From NCBI RefSeq assembly GCF_001194135.2, contig NC_068986.1, forward strand, positions 22,636,152 through 22,700,151: a stretch of 64,000 bases of DNA, in the 5' to 3' direction. The notes beneath the pieces were generated by a model. It was not told the origin of the DNA. It searched no databases and saw only the letters and a list, made by a program, of their open reading frames with translations. Position numbers and translations under genes: made by a program. Each line of letters opens with the position of its first letter. Positions within the stretch are counted from its first letter, which is position 1. Of the stretch, positions 38,705 to 51,254 are shown piece by piece. This DNA comes from Octopus bimaculoides (Eukaryota).

Positions 38705-40813
38705 GTAAGCTAGTGAACATCTCATCAACCAAATTATGCATTTTATACCAGCATTCTACCTTTGAGTTAGTACTTCAATTTTATTTTTAAACCCAATGTG
38801 CTAGTGTACTCAGAACTTTACAAGTGGGTTAGCTTGTCGTCACTACTTAGATGTTCCTTGTTACTGGTTTGTTTTTAAATAAGAATTTATTGAAATGAAG
38901 AATTGGCTGCTTTGTTATAAGGAAGCAATTTGTGCATAAACTGTCCTGCTTATAATCATATACATAGAATTAACATTACAGAAAATTACTATTATTTTTA
39001 AGGTTTGGAAACTCATTGGAACCAAGTGGATATAATGTTTTCTGTTTAAAAATTATTGCAGTACTGCATACAAAATGGTTTCTGCATGTATGCACTGCAA
39101 GTTTAGGGATTGGAAGTACATCTTTCCAATTATGAGAATGAAATTCTACCTAAACTAATCTAAATTCTAATTAACTGAACTAATAGCTTATTTTTAGTGA
39201 TAAAGATAAGTTTTTCTCTTTACAGATTTATAGATGTATGTTGAAAGGGGATAGTTCTGTGTAACACCTAGGATAGATAATGTTAACATATATATCCTGG
39301 AAGATTTGCTATTGTTGTTGATTCTTCTAAGGAGAAGAGATTAATACATCTCTTAAGGTCGTGAAATAAAGGAATTCAAAATCTGTTTAGTATATATGCT
39401 GCTTGAATTAACAAATGTTGATATCTCTGTCATTTGTGCTTCAATAAATGGCATTGCACACTTCACTACGTTCATTAAATCACATATCTAACAAAGATAA
39501 CTAAATCAAGTCATTCAGTTACTGGAAGAATTAACTGAAAAAGAGGTCATATATTCATCTATACCGCCGAATCCATAAACAGTATTGCTGTTGACAGAGA
39601 GAGCTTTTTATTATAGTTTTTTTTTTGTTTTCTCATGACTTTTTCCATAAATGGTATTGTTACTTAAAATTTATGGATTTATGGCCTACTTGCTCAAATA
39701 CCATTGTTCTTCGCTTTACACACATTTCTCATGGACATATACAGATATAGGCACCTGTTCAAAATGAGGCAAATTGTGTGTGTAAATGCAATGTATAAGC
39801 AAGACATGGGCCTCAAACTTGCCCAAGAGGGCAGTAATTCCAAATAAGACCTAAATTGAATTGTAGCTGCTGACTGTGGAAAGTGGACGTAAAATGATGA
39901 TGATAGTGAGATATATATATATATATATATATATATAATCATCATCATATTTTTATATATATATATGTACATATATATAACCATTGTCATCATCATACCC
40001 TTATATATATAACCATCATCATCATCATCATATCGTTATATATATAAAACCATTGTCATCATCATATTGTTATATATATTACCATCATTATCATCATATT
40101 GTTATACATAACCTATTTCAAGGAAAGAAAAGTGCATATAGACATTTTTTACAAATTTCAGGAGACCATTTTCGAAGGTTTTAAAGCTCAAGTGGAAGGC
40201 AGTTACATAATTAATATCTTGACATTACAAGATAATGCTTAATTAATTCAAAACAAAGTAAAGTACATTTGACATGGCAGTCTAAATGCTAAAGGGTCAA
40301 CTGCTACTTTACTGCAGCATAGATTTCCAGTACAAAAATGCAAAGAAAGAAACTAGCTATCTCACTGAATTTCACATTTCTTCTGTTCATTCTTTCCTAT
40401 ATATGAAAGTTTGGAGAAGGATCCACCAAGAACCTTCCTTATACATGTCCACACACACAATATCAAATCTGTATATATTTAATGCAGATATGTTAGTGAA
40501 AGTCTGCTAGACTGCAGTATTCATCACAAGAAAACATCTCTTATAGACACATACTGTTAAAAAATGCAGAAATATATCAGCAGCAGACAAAATACATCTT
40601 TCTGCTGGATACTTTTCACCTATTACTGATATATATTTGTTTTTTGCCAAATGCTTTCTTGAGACGAATACCACAGTCTAGCAAGTTTTTAACAATACAA
40701 CTGCTTTAAATATGATATAAAGATTGCTATTTTGAACTAATACCACTTCTATTGTTAATAATGAAGATATATATATATGTGTGTACAGAGTGTTTGAAGT
40801 GGTGTACAAATAT

Positions 40814-41000
40814 TGTATATTGAGAAAAAAGAGGCAGTCAGAATTTTGGATAATGCTTTATTAGTGGTTTCGTTCCTTTATGAACTTGTCATGATAAAAT
40901 CAAAATGAATTTGATTTTGTCTTGACAAGTTCGTAAATGAATGAAAGCGCTAATAAAGGATTATCCAAAATTCTGATTGCCTCCCTTTTCTCAATGTATA
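40814..41000. repeat. Foldback element, 74-bp core arms, 5-nt loop
   Basis: 40831-40904 vs 40910-40983: 65/74 Watson-Crick; pairing extends imperfectly to ~40814/41000. Confidence 0.9.
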
Positions 41001-41164
41001 TATATATATATANNNNNNNNNNNNNNNNNNNNNNNNNNNNNNNNNNNNNNNNNNNNNNNNNNNNNNNNNNNNNNNNNNNNNNNNNNNNNNNNNNNNNNNN
41101 NNNNNNNNNNNNTATATATATGTGTATATATATATATATATGTATATATGTATATATATATAAT

Positions 41165-41887
41165 GTAGAGGTGGTGAAGCATGACCTTTGAATGTTGGGC
41201 CTCACAAAGGCAATGACAGGAGACCGAGACCTTTGGAAATATGCTGTGATTGAGATGACCTGGCAATTAAAGTGAAATGGCAGCCATGGCTGATGCCAGT
41301 GTTGCATCTCTGGTCCATGTAAGAGTACCTTTGATGTCTCAGGCGATATTATATGCTTGAGAAGACCTGTGGAGTCAAGTAAAACTAAAATTGTAGCTGT
41401 GGCCAATGCCTCCTGACTGGTTCCCGTTCCAGTGGCATGTAAAAAGCACTATCTGAACAGGGTTGATGCCAGTGCTACCTGACTGGCTCCTGTGCCAGTG
41501 GCATATAAAAAGCACCATCTGAACGTGGCCGATACCAGTACCCCCAGACTGGCTCTTGTGCGAGTAGCACGTAAAAAGCACTATCCGAATGTAATCGATG
41601 CCAGTGCCCCCAGACTGGCTCTTGTGCTGGTGGCATGTAACAAGCACTATCCGAATGTGATCAATTCTAGACTCACCTGACTGGCTCCTGTGCTAGTGAC
41701 ATGTAAAAAACACTCAGTACACTTTTGGAGTGGTTGGCGTTAGGAGGGGCATCCAGCTGTAGAAACGTTGCCAGATCAGATTGGAGACTGGTGCAGCCAC
41801 TGGTTCTCCAGACCTCAGTCAAACCATCCAACCCATGCCAGCATGGAAAATGGATGTTAAATGATGATGATGATGATGATGATGATA
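41165..41887 (+). mobile_element. 5'-truncated RTE LINE 3' end with five 66-nt 3' UTR units and (GAT)n tail
   Basis: Begins gaggtggtgaagcatgacc (EVVKHDL) ... gagacctttggaaatatgctgtg (DLWKYAV); units at 41413, 41479, 41545, 41611, 41677; ends catggaaaatggatgttaaatgatgatgat. Confidence 0.88.
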
Positions 41888-42049
41888 TATGTGTATATAT
41901 ATATATATATAGTATCTACTCCACTATTTCAGAAAGCAGATGCAATACTGTTGCAGGTGTTCCCAGTAATTCAAAACTCTGACTTTAATTATGTGTTATT
42001 TCTCCAATTGCTGGACAAATAATATATAACTGAAGTCTGACAAGCAAAC

Positions 42050-42173
42050 TTATCTTAAGAAAGTTAGTTGGACTACTGTTCTCAACTCTGATATTCTTGG
42101 AGCTTAGGATAAGGCCTGGTCTCCTAGGATATCAGAGTTGAGAGCTGTAGTCTAACTAACCTACTTAAGATAA
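42050..42173. repeat. Imperfect 53-bp inverted repeat with 18-nt loop
   Basis: 42050-42102 vs 42121-42173: 46/53 Watson-Crick. Confidence 0.9.
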
Positions 42174-42549
42174 TGGATTTGCAGAAGGTTAATGTATGCA
42201 AATAAGTTCTCAGAATTCAGTAATTGAACTCTAGATGTGTAGATGTGTTCAGAGGAAGAGGTATCAGCAAGCACAGCCTTCCCTTGATCTATAATTGGAT
42301 TTTATCTATTGTTCATTTGTAAAGGGCAAGGTAAAGTATTTTGTTGGAAGTTTTTCTAAATGTAATGGAGAGCATTAAATTTTGACAGCGTTGAAGGACA
42401 TATTATTCATAGTTACCCAACTGTAGGTGGAATTTAAGAATTTTCTCAGGCATGAAGATATTTGCAGTTCTCTTGATTGCTATCACTTTTGGTTTCAACT
42501 GGTTTGTATAGCTACAAACTTTTTTTTTGTTTCAATCTGCCAACGTACA

Positions 42550-42690
42550 GGAGTGGCTGTGTGGTAAGTAGCTTGCTTACCAACCACATGGTTCCAGGTT
42601 CATTCCTACAGCATGTCTTCTACTATAGCTTCGGGCCGACCAAAGCCTTGTGAGTGGATTTGGTAGACGGAAACTGAAAGAAGCCTGTCG

Positions 42691-42729
<39 letters not shown>

Positions 42730-42808
42730 ATGTTTGTCTGTGTTTGTCCCCCCAACATCGCTTGACAACTAATGGTGGTGTGTTTATGTCCCCGTAACTT
42801 AGCGGACG
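42550..42808 (+). mobile_element. tRNA-headed CORE-like SINE family B, young copy
   Basis: ggagtggctgtgtggtaagtagcttgc...ggttccaggttc head; cttctactatagcttcgggccgaccaaagccttgtgagtggatttggtagacggaaactg body. Related copies with the CORE-like accttgggcaagt lie at 11395-11500 and 46135-46290; more diverged ones near 18410-18560 and 31000-31130, and on the minus strand near 7050-7195 and 22620-22790. Confidence 0.75.
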
Positions 42809-42834
42809 TTTGTGCTGGTATGGTCATGTACTAC

Positions 42835-43210
42835 AGATGGATGAGGAGAGCTGTGTGAAGAAGTGCCACTCTCAAACAGTTGAAGGAATCCAGGGTAGAG
42901 GTAAACCCAGGAAGACATGGGATGAGGTGGTGAAGCATGACCTTCGAGCGCTGGGCCTCATGGAGGCAATGACAAAAGACTGAGGCCGCTGGAGATATGC
43001 TGTGACTGTGAAGACCCAGCAAATAAAGTGAGTTCACAGCTGTAACCTACATCAGTGTTGCATAACCAGCCCATTCAAAAGTACCTTGGATTGTAGGGCG
43101 ACATGCTGTGCTAGGGTGACATACTGTGCTTGAGGAGACCTATTGAGTCAAGTACATAAAAATCAAATTGAAATTGTAGTTGTGATCCCCTTGCTGGTGG
43201 CACGTAGAAC
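42835..43210 (+). mobile_element. RTE LINE ORF C-terminus and start of 3' UTR
   Basis: DEESCVKKCHSQTVEGIQGRGKPRKTWDEVVKHDLRALGLMEAMTKD*GRWRYAV; homologous to the 27804-27910 and 41165 copies. Confidence 0.85.
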
Positions 43211-43472
43211 CAGTTGATTAGGCCTGCAGACAATTGGAGAGAAACATCATTGTCATTTTAACATCCACTTTCCCATGCCTGCATGGGTTGGATGGAATTT
43301 GTTGAGGTAGACTTTATATAGCTGGATGCTTTTCCTGTCACCAACCTTTTAACTGTTTTCAAGTTGGGTAATTTTACCCCAGACATATTTTCAAAGATTC
43401 AGATAGAAACAGTTATCAGCAATAACCTTGAAACACACATCAGTATGAAAAATATTTCAGAAAAATTAGGAT

Positions 43473-43507
<35 letters not shown>

Positions 43508-44250
43508 TATATTTATATATTTNNNNNNNNNNNNNNNNNNNNNNNNNNNNNNNNNNNNNNNNNNNNNNNNNNNNNNNNNNNNNNNNNNNNNNNNNNNNNN
43601 NNNNNNNNNNNNNNNNNNNNNNNNNNNNNNNNNNNNNNNNNNNNNNNNNNNNNNNNNNNNNNNNNNNNNNNNNNNNNNNNNNNNNNNNNNNNNNNNNNNN
43701 NNNNNNNNNNNNNNNNNNNNNNNNNNNNNNNNNNNNNNNNNNNNNNNNNNNNNNNNNNNNNNNNNNNNNNNNNNNNNNNNNNNNNNNNNNNNNNNNNNNN
43801 NNNNNNNNNNNNNNNNNNNNNNNNNNNNNNNNNNNNNNNNNNNNNNNNNNNNNNNNNNNNNNNNNNNNNNNNNNNNNNNNNNNNNNNNNNNNNNNNNNNN
43901 NNNNNNNNNNNNNNNNNNNNNNNNNNNNNNNNNNNNNNNNNNNNNNNNNNNNNNNNNNNNNNNNNNNNNNNNNNNNNNNNNNNNNNNNNNNNNNNNNNNN
44001 NNNNNNNNNNNNNNNNNNNNNNNNNNNNNNNNNNNNNNNNNNNNNNNNNNNNNNNNNNNNNNNNNNNNNNNNNNNNNNNNNNNNNNNNNNNNNNNNNNNN
44101 NNNNNNNNNNNNNNNNNNNNNNNNNNNNNNNNNNNNNNNNNNNNNNNNNNNNNNNNNNNNNNNNNNNNNNNNNNNNNNNNNNNNNNNNNNNNNNNNNNNN
44201 NNNNNNNNNNNNNNNNNNNNNNNNNNNNNNNNNNNNNNNNNNNNNNNNNN

Positions 44251-44484
44251 GGTGGCACATAAAAGACACCATTTCAAGCGTGGCCGTTTTCGTGCGGGTG
44301 ACACGTAAAAGCACCCACTACACTCTCTGAGTGGTTGGCGTTAGGAAGGGCATCCAGCTGTAGAAACTATGCCAAATTAGATTGGAGCCTGGTGTTGCCA
44401 TCCGGTTTCACCAGTCCTCAGTCAAATCGTCCAACCCATGCTAGCATGGAAAGCGGACGTTAAACGATGATGATGATGATGATG
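44251..44484 (+). mobile_element. Young RTE 3' tail (5' part lost in N-gap)
   Basis: Unit remnant, conserved terminus, and aagcggacgttaaacgatgatgat. Confidence 0.88.
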
Positions 44485-46072
44485 CATGCACATGTGTGCG
44501 TGTGTGCTCTCTCCATGTGATGGATTTGTCTAAAACTCTGCACTAACTCACTTTCAACATACATCTGCATTATTTCTGTAGTGCCAGTTTTCATCATAAT
44601 TACATTTGTACATTTATCTTAGATGTCTTGAGAACATTTAGCTGAAGATAAGAATGATGAGATTGTTTCATAATGGAATAAAATTTAGGATTTATGGAAA
44701 TGGGAAAGTTGGGAACCAAAAAAAAGACAGTGGTGACATACAAGGAAACCAAACAAAAACAAACATGGAGGGTCATTAGACCAGAACGAGAGGAAAATAG
44801 TGAATACTGGGAGAAACATTTTTTTGGAAAGAGAAAAGATAAAAGAGAGAGAGAGAAAAAAAAAAACTTGTCCGCTCTTTCAAACGTCTGTGCAGGAAAA
44901 GAAAGATGGACAGAGAGAAAAAGAGAAAGTGTGGGAGAGAGGGAGACAGATAGAAAATGGTGGTGGTAGGAGGGGGAGAAAAAGGGAATTAGAGAAGGAT
45001 GGGGGAAGAAAACAGTATGTGTATAATAGTTCAAAAGTTCAAATTTACAGAAAACAAAAAAGATTAATACAGGTGAGGGAACAACAAGCAGGTGTATTAG
45101 ATTAACACCCAGGAAGAATGGAAAAGTTTTTGACATTCCAAGCCTACACTTTTCCACAGAAAGGATTGAGAGGGAAAGAATGGAAAGAGAGTGGAAAAAA
45201 AAATGGATAGAGAAAAAAATGTGTGGGGATGAACAGTTCCACATGATGAAATGACCATGTGTTTGCATCTCTTTGGACCCCATGGGATAGTTATAAATAA
45301 ATGTCACCATCACTCAAGTGGAATTCTTTTTCTCTAGTCTTCTGCAAAGACATGTCTGACTCATGCAAGCATTAAAAAGTAGTTAAAACGACGACGATGA
45401 TGATATATTTAGATAGATGTTTCTTTGTATATGTATTCGTGTGTCAGTCAGTCTCTCACCAAAATTTTTCTGCTTTTCCTTGACGTTTTCTAATCAACTG
45501 TAACCACATATGGACAGCTTGATCTACACACATGCACACACAAACACATATACATTTAATAAACATCTTTAATCTCTTTTTAAAATTGGTTTTTCTTTGG
45601 TTAGGCTGCAGAGCTTATGCTGACTTGGAACGAGGATAAAAACAGTTATTTTTCAAAAGATTTTACATTCCTCTCTTCCTAGATCTTGCAAAGATAGTAG
45701 TAACATTGTGAATGTCACAGTTCATTTACATAACAGTACAATGTTCATGGCCCAATATTAATTACTAGATAAATTCCTGGTGCATTACGTACAATGCTGA
45801 CCACAGTGTGTCAATGTTATTGAGTACTAAGGAACCAGTTCTGCATAAGAATGTGTATGCACAGTCACATAGCCATATGTTTTGATAAATATATTTTTTA
45901 GAGTCAACTGAAGATCAAGAAAAACGGAAAGAATAAAATGAGTGTAGTGATTCACTTGGATTCAGCTGTGAGTGTGAGTGTCTGTCTCTCTGTATGCACA
46001 CAGACACACACACACACACACTCATGCATCTATCTATCTATCTATCTCACTTTTTCGTTCTCTCTCTCTCAA

Positions 46073-46127
<55 letters not shown>

Positions 46128-47026
46128 GCACATAGGTGCAGACACGGTTGTGTGGTTGAAAAGTTTACTCCCCCAAATATGTGGGCTTGGGTTCAGTCCC
46201 AGTGCAAGATACCTTGGGCAAGTGTCTTGTTTGTATTATAGCCATGGCCCAACCGAAGTCTTTGGCAGACAGAAAACCAGAAGAAACCAATGTCTCTAGG
46301 AGAAGGGGATAAATGGCAGTAGAAGAATGGTGGAGAGCAGCAGTAAAATAAGCCTGTAGGTAGATCAGAAAATAGTGGTATAATGTGTGTGTGTGTGTTT
46401 AATATCCGCCTTCCATGCTAGCATGGATTGGACGATTTGACTGAGGACTGGCGAACCAGATGGCTGAAGACAGATATGAGAGTGTATTGAGAATGATAGC
46501 AAGTATGAGAGGGTGCTAAAGAAGAGGCATGGCAGTCCTAAGATGTATCTCAGGGGAGAGAAAGATAACTGAAGGCTTGGAAAGGGGTGATCAGCAGAAA
46601 TAGAGTAGGAATGGATAATATTGAAACGATGGGATAGAACAAAAAAAATATTATATATATATATATATATATATCTTACATACCGATGTATGGTAGTTTT
46701 GTATGTGGATGATGTCATTGCAATTCTGACCTTTTCTTGTTTTCACTAGTTAGTCAGAGGAAGAAAGGTATCTTTGTAGCCTCTCCTAAGCAAGTGAGAT
46801 TAATACAGTTGATATTCACTTTGAACATCTATACATATATAATGATGTGTGTAGTGTCTACAGCAATGCTTTCTCAACCGGGGTTCCATGGAACCCTAGA
46901 GTTCCACGAGAAAAGTTAATGCTAACATCATGATCATAATATTACTATACATGCACAACATATTATTGGTTATTGTAATATATCTAACCTGTTATGTTAT
47001 CAAAAAAATATAACATCCATATATAT

Positions 47027-47390
47027 CATCATCATCATCATCGTTTAACGTCCACTTTCCATGCTAGCATGGGTTGGACGATTTGACTGAGGACTGGCAA
47101 ACCAGATGACTGCACCAGGCTCCAATCTGATCTGGCAGAGTTTCTACAGCTGGATGCCCTTCCTAATGCTAACCACTCCGAGAGTGTAGTGGGTGCTTTT
47201 ACGTGCCACCGACACGAGGGCCAGTCACGCGGTACTAGCAATGGCCATGCTCAGATGGTGTTTTTTACATGCCACCTGCACAGGAGCCTGTCCACCGGCA
47301 CTGGCAATGACCTCGCTTGAATGTTTTTTCATGTGCCAGTAAGGCAACGCTGGTCATGATCATGCTCAAATGGTGCTATTTACGTGCCAT
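47027..47390 (-). mobile_element. RTE 3' tail with ~3 UTR units
   Basis: (CAT)n, conserved terminus and units, on the minus strand. Confidence 0.85.
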
Positions 47391-47392
47391 AT

Positions 47393-47836
47393 ATGAGACC
47401 TTTGGAAATGTGCTGTGCGTGAGAAGACCCGGCAAGCCAAGTAAGATCGTTTCCAGTGCCCCTGGACTGGCTCTTGTGCGGGTGGCACATAAGATGCACC
47501 ATTTTGAGCATGGCCATTGCCAGTACCGCCTGACTGGCTTCCATAGGATTTTCGAGCGAGATCGTTGCCAGTGCCCCTGGACTGGCTTGTGTGGGTGGCA
47601 CATAAAAGACACCATTTCGAGCGTGGCCGTTGCCAGTATCGCCTGACTGGCCTTCGTGCAGGTGACACATAAAAGCNNNNNNNNNNNNNNNNNNNNNNNN
47701 NNNNNNNNNNNNNNNNNNNNNNNNNNNNNNNNNNNNNNNNNNNNNNNNNNNNNNNNNNNNNNNNNNNNNNNNNNNNNNNNNNNNNNNNNNNNNNNNNNNN
47801 NNNNNNNNNNNNNNNNNNNNNGATGATGATGATGAT
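47393..47836 (+). mobile_element. RTE 3' end (DLWKCAVREKTRQAK* plus UTR units), interrupted by N-gap, (GAT)n after the gap
   Basis: gagacctttggaaatgtgctgtgcgtgagaagacccggcaagccaagtaa followed by units; the tail at 47822-47836 is assumed to belong to this copy. Confidence 0.8.
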
Positions 47837-49747
47837 GAATTAGAAATGGAAACCAAAATAATAAATTGAACAATTCAATGATTTAATCATTAGATGATAA
47901 ATTCAATTCAATTTTATTATTTTATAGAAACAAATGACACATCTCATAAATTACACCTGTTTCAACACCATTAATATAAACAAGTTTTTCAAGAGGCCAC
48001 AGTCAAATGACTGAAACAAGTAAAAGAGTATATATATATATATATGATATTTACCACATGAACTACGGTGAAAAATATATGAGAAAGATATAGTATATAA
48101 TTTTTTTTTGTACAGGGGTTCCTTGAGACATGTGATTTATTTTAAGGGTTACACAAGGGTAAAAAGGTTGAGAGACACTGGTTTACAGGGTAAATTGCTA
48201 AACATCCACATGTTCTAGGACCACTTTGATTATTTTTGTAGGCAGTTACCGAGAATGTGACTTATTTGATTCAGCTCTATAATACATGGTTGCTGGAGGA
48301 GTTGACTGAATAATATATAATGTCCATGATGTTATTTAACTTCAGTATTTTATTTCGATGATAGTCTGGTTGTAAACTATGAGTACGTGTATGCATATGT
48401 GTGTGTGTGTGTGTTTGTGTCTCCTTGTCTTGACATGTGATAGTTGTAATTGAATGTTACTGTCATACAAAGCAGTGTTATTCATTTCCAATATTCTGCA
48501 GAACATATCTAGTTGTGGGGAAACATTACCTTGCTTGGAAACAGGTGAGTGGGCTGGTGACAAGATGGGCATCTGGCCATAGAAAAACCATGTAAGTTTG
48601 GAAAAGTAGACATTAAAATGATATTAATTGTTGATGATCATCTCCATATTGATGAATACAAGACATAAAGATTATATGTCGTCCGGTTGATGGATGCAAT
48701 ATATATTGAGTATATTTTCATATTGATGGGAAACATTGTATATGAAGTGAGTCCTGTTTGATGGGTGTGATAAATATTGAGTTTTCATTGGGTTTTGGCA
48801 GTGAATTAACAGAGCCATTAGAGCATTGGGGAAACTCCTTGAGATATATGTTCCAGCTTTCTGTGCTTTGGGTTCAGATCCTGCTGAGGTCAACTTTGCT
48901 TTTCATACTTTTGAGTACAAGTCCAGGACAGCGAATTATTCGGGTGTGAGATGAGATGCCTTGTTCTAATTGTTCTGACCCTTTGAATTCTGAGTTTTTT
49001 GTGTAGTAGACATAGTCCATTGCCTGGTTTGCACCACCACCTGATCATTGAGTACCTTTAGCAGCATTCACTCTGCGGCAAGCCTTCAGGCCAGGTCTGA
49101 AGTTTGCGGATAACTTTCACCCATCAGAATCCCTGAAGAAATAAAGGGTAATGGTAATGGTAAAAAAGAAAGAAAAAGTACAACATATTGAGTATATCCT
49201 CATACTAATGAAAATACTGTATATTATATCCTTCTGTTGAAAGATACAACACATTAAGTCTATTCTCATTGCATTGGATACAACTGTATTTAATTAGATC
49301 TTCCTGCTGGTTCTTGTAGAAATAATTTTTATATCTACTTTAAATATATCCTCTTCATCTTTGATAGTTGTAGTAAGTTAAGTAGTTTTTGTTGATGAGT
49401 ATAGAATAAAGTAGTCTGAGTAGCTCCTATATTAGATATATTGCAGCTATTCTGTTATTTACTGAAGTTGAGATATATTAGCCTTAAGAGAATTCTTTCT
49501 GGTGATATGGTTATAAAATGAACATGAACAGATTTATATAGAAGGTATACTCTGTACCCTCATCTCTCTCTCCCCTTCTCAAGTCCTTCTGAGTAAGCAA
49601 TGTGTAATATTTTATATGACTGTCATTTTTAACTCCACCATCAATATCTTAGCAAATAGACATTTCTTGATCCATCAGCCCTCATTGACCAGACATTTAC
49701 AATATCTCTCCAGTTACTCCCATCTCTTCCCTCTTTGCCATTTTCAG

Positions 49748-50044
49748 GTCATCCTAGTGTGCCAAATGGAACTTCTGGTGCTTTAATGTTTTCTTCAGCT
49801 TCCGAGGGCCCAAGCTGTTATCGCAGACCCAGCATGACTCGATCGCCATCCCAGTCCAGTGCCAATGGCACTCCAACGCGGTCGCAGTCTGCCAACATCA
49901 ATGATGCAGTTGCCATGCCAGCTTTGTATTACCCCCCTATTCGACGACCTGTTCCTAAAAATCCCAGGGCCACTTCATCCTCTTCTTGTTGTTCCCACAA
50001 TGCTCTAGCACCAAACCCTGCCTCTACATCCAGCACTTCACAAA
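49748..50044 (+). CDS. WWP1: Ser/Pro-rich linker exon of the E3 ligase (GHPSVPNGTSGALMFSSASEGP...NPASTSSTSQ)
   Basis: Acceptor ttttcag, donor A|gtaagc, 297 nt, phase 1 to 1, open frame and GC-richer than its flanks. Phase fits the 36724 donor. Assigned to this gene by position and phase, not by a recognisable domain. Confidence 0.8.
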
Positions 50045-51212
50045 GTAAGCAGTAGCTGTTGAACAAAATTTCTTCATCTTTGTGTGATGCTCATTGTTTG
50101 TTTATTGTGTCTTTTCAAATGACTGCTTGTTTAATTATTTTATAATTATTTAACTTTGCATGGTTGTTTTGATGTTGCCAGCTTTTTTTTTATTTTCAAT
50201 TAAAAATAGTGCTCTTGTTTGGTTGTTTGCAGAACACACACATACATGCACACAAACACACACACAGATCATTTTATGTCAATCTTATGTTTTGTATAGA
50301 CATTGTTGTGTTAAATTCACTAGTTATGCTAAGTTTATGATTCCCTCTGATTTCTACATGTGTTGAAGAATTTCAGTTGCTCTAGGGTGGTGGAGTCAGT
50401 ACGTAGAAAAATTTCATTAGATCCTCCATACTTTCTAAATTGAGTACCTTGTATTTCTGAGTTCAAATCCTGCTGGGGCTCAATTTTGCCTGTTATCTTA
50501 CTAGAGTAGAAAGTCAGATAAAATGAGTACTAGTAATATATGTGGGGATCAAGTCACGCTGCATATATCTTGTGTAAAATATTTCATATTCTAGATTGTT
50601 GGCTACATTTTAAAATTTCCAATTCAGTTTATTTGAAATTGGTAATGGTTAAGTGATTTTTCCCCTCCCAACCACATCTGATCATTATGTTATTAAATTT
50701 GCAGCAAATTAAGAATGGATATATATATATATATATATATATTGTATGTTTCATAAACATTCTCTGTGTGAATTTGCCTTACCTTCCATTGTGATGGAAC
50801 ATGATAATAAATTATTGAATTTAGTTGAAGTTATATCAATTTCTTTTTCTTTTTTCAGGCTTAATTTATTTGATTTGCTGGGCATTTTAATTGTTCTGTG
50901 TTTATCATCCTTGTACAATGATGTCTAAATAAATTATAAATATGTCTAGTTTGGATGTTAATGTTTTCTAACATAATTATTCTTTCGCTGATTCTTTTAA
51001 CATTTATGCATTTCATAATGGTTTATTGCTGATAATTCATCAGATTAACATATTTGCTCTTTCCTAATGAAAGTATAAATGGATTTATCAACTTTATTTT
51101 ACTTTTTGAAATTGGAAATTTTATACTGGATTTGAATGAACCAGAGCCATTACCATCAATTGTGGAGAGATTCTATTGTCTCTAATGTAAACTGTTTTTA
51201 TATGCAGATGTT

Positions 51213-51254
51213 TTTGGACTGATCAGGTGTTTTTATGTACCTGATCAGTCCAAA
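51213..51254. repeat. Perfect 16-bp inverted repeat with 10-nt loop
   Basis: TTTGGACTGATCAGGT-gtttttatgt-ACCTGATCAGTCCAAA. Confidence 0.9.

Larger units (their letters stand above)
46864..48180. mobile_element. hAT (Charlie-like) non-autonomous element with nested RTE tails
   Basis: Left end CAATGCTTTCTCAACC, right end GGTTGAGAGACACTG; flanks GTCTACAG (46856-46863) and GTTTACAG (48181-48188), 7/8 identical. Confidence 0.78.

Noticed and set aside
39226-39244. Strong acceptor (tttttctctttacag) as partner for the 43-nt exon
   Set aside because: In phase 2 it reads T-F-I-D-V-C-stop, and its nearby gtatgt donor gives the wrong phase.
41413-41715. Regularly spaced repeats (also 55987-56096) as a CRISPR-like array
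   Set aside because: Eukaryotic context, contiguous tandem units without unique spacers, and no cas genes.
44600-45313. 237-aa minus-strand ORF and overlapping K/R/E-rich ORFs
   Set aside because: Translation of a GA-rich low-complexity tract; F/L/S bias and no domain.
51135-51185. EPEPLPSIVERF resembling the start of a WW domain
   Set aside because: Lacks the signature Trp and YY/DH residues, hits a stop after a few codons, and has no proper acceptor.
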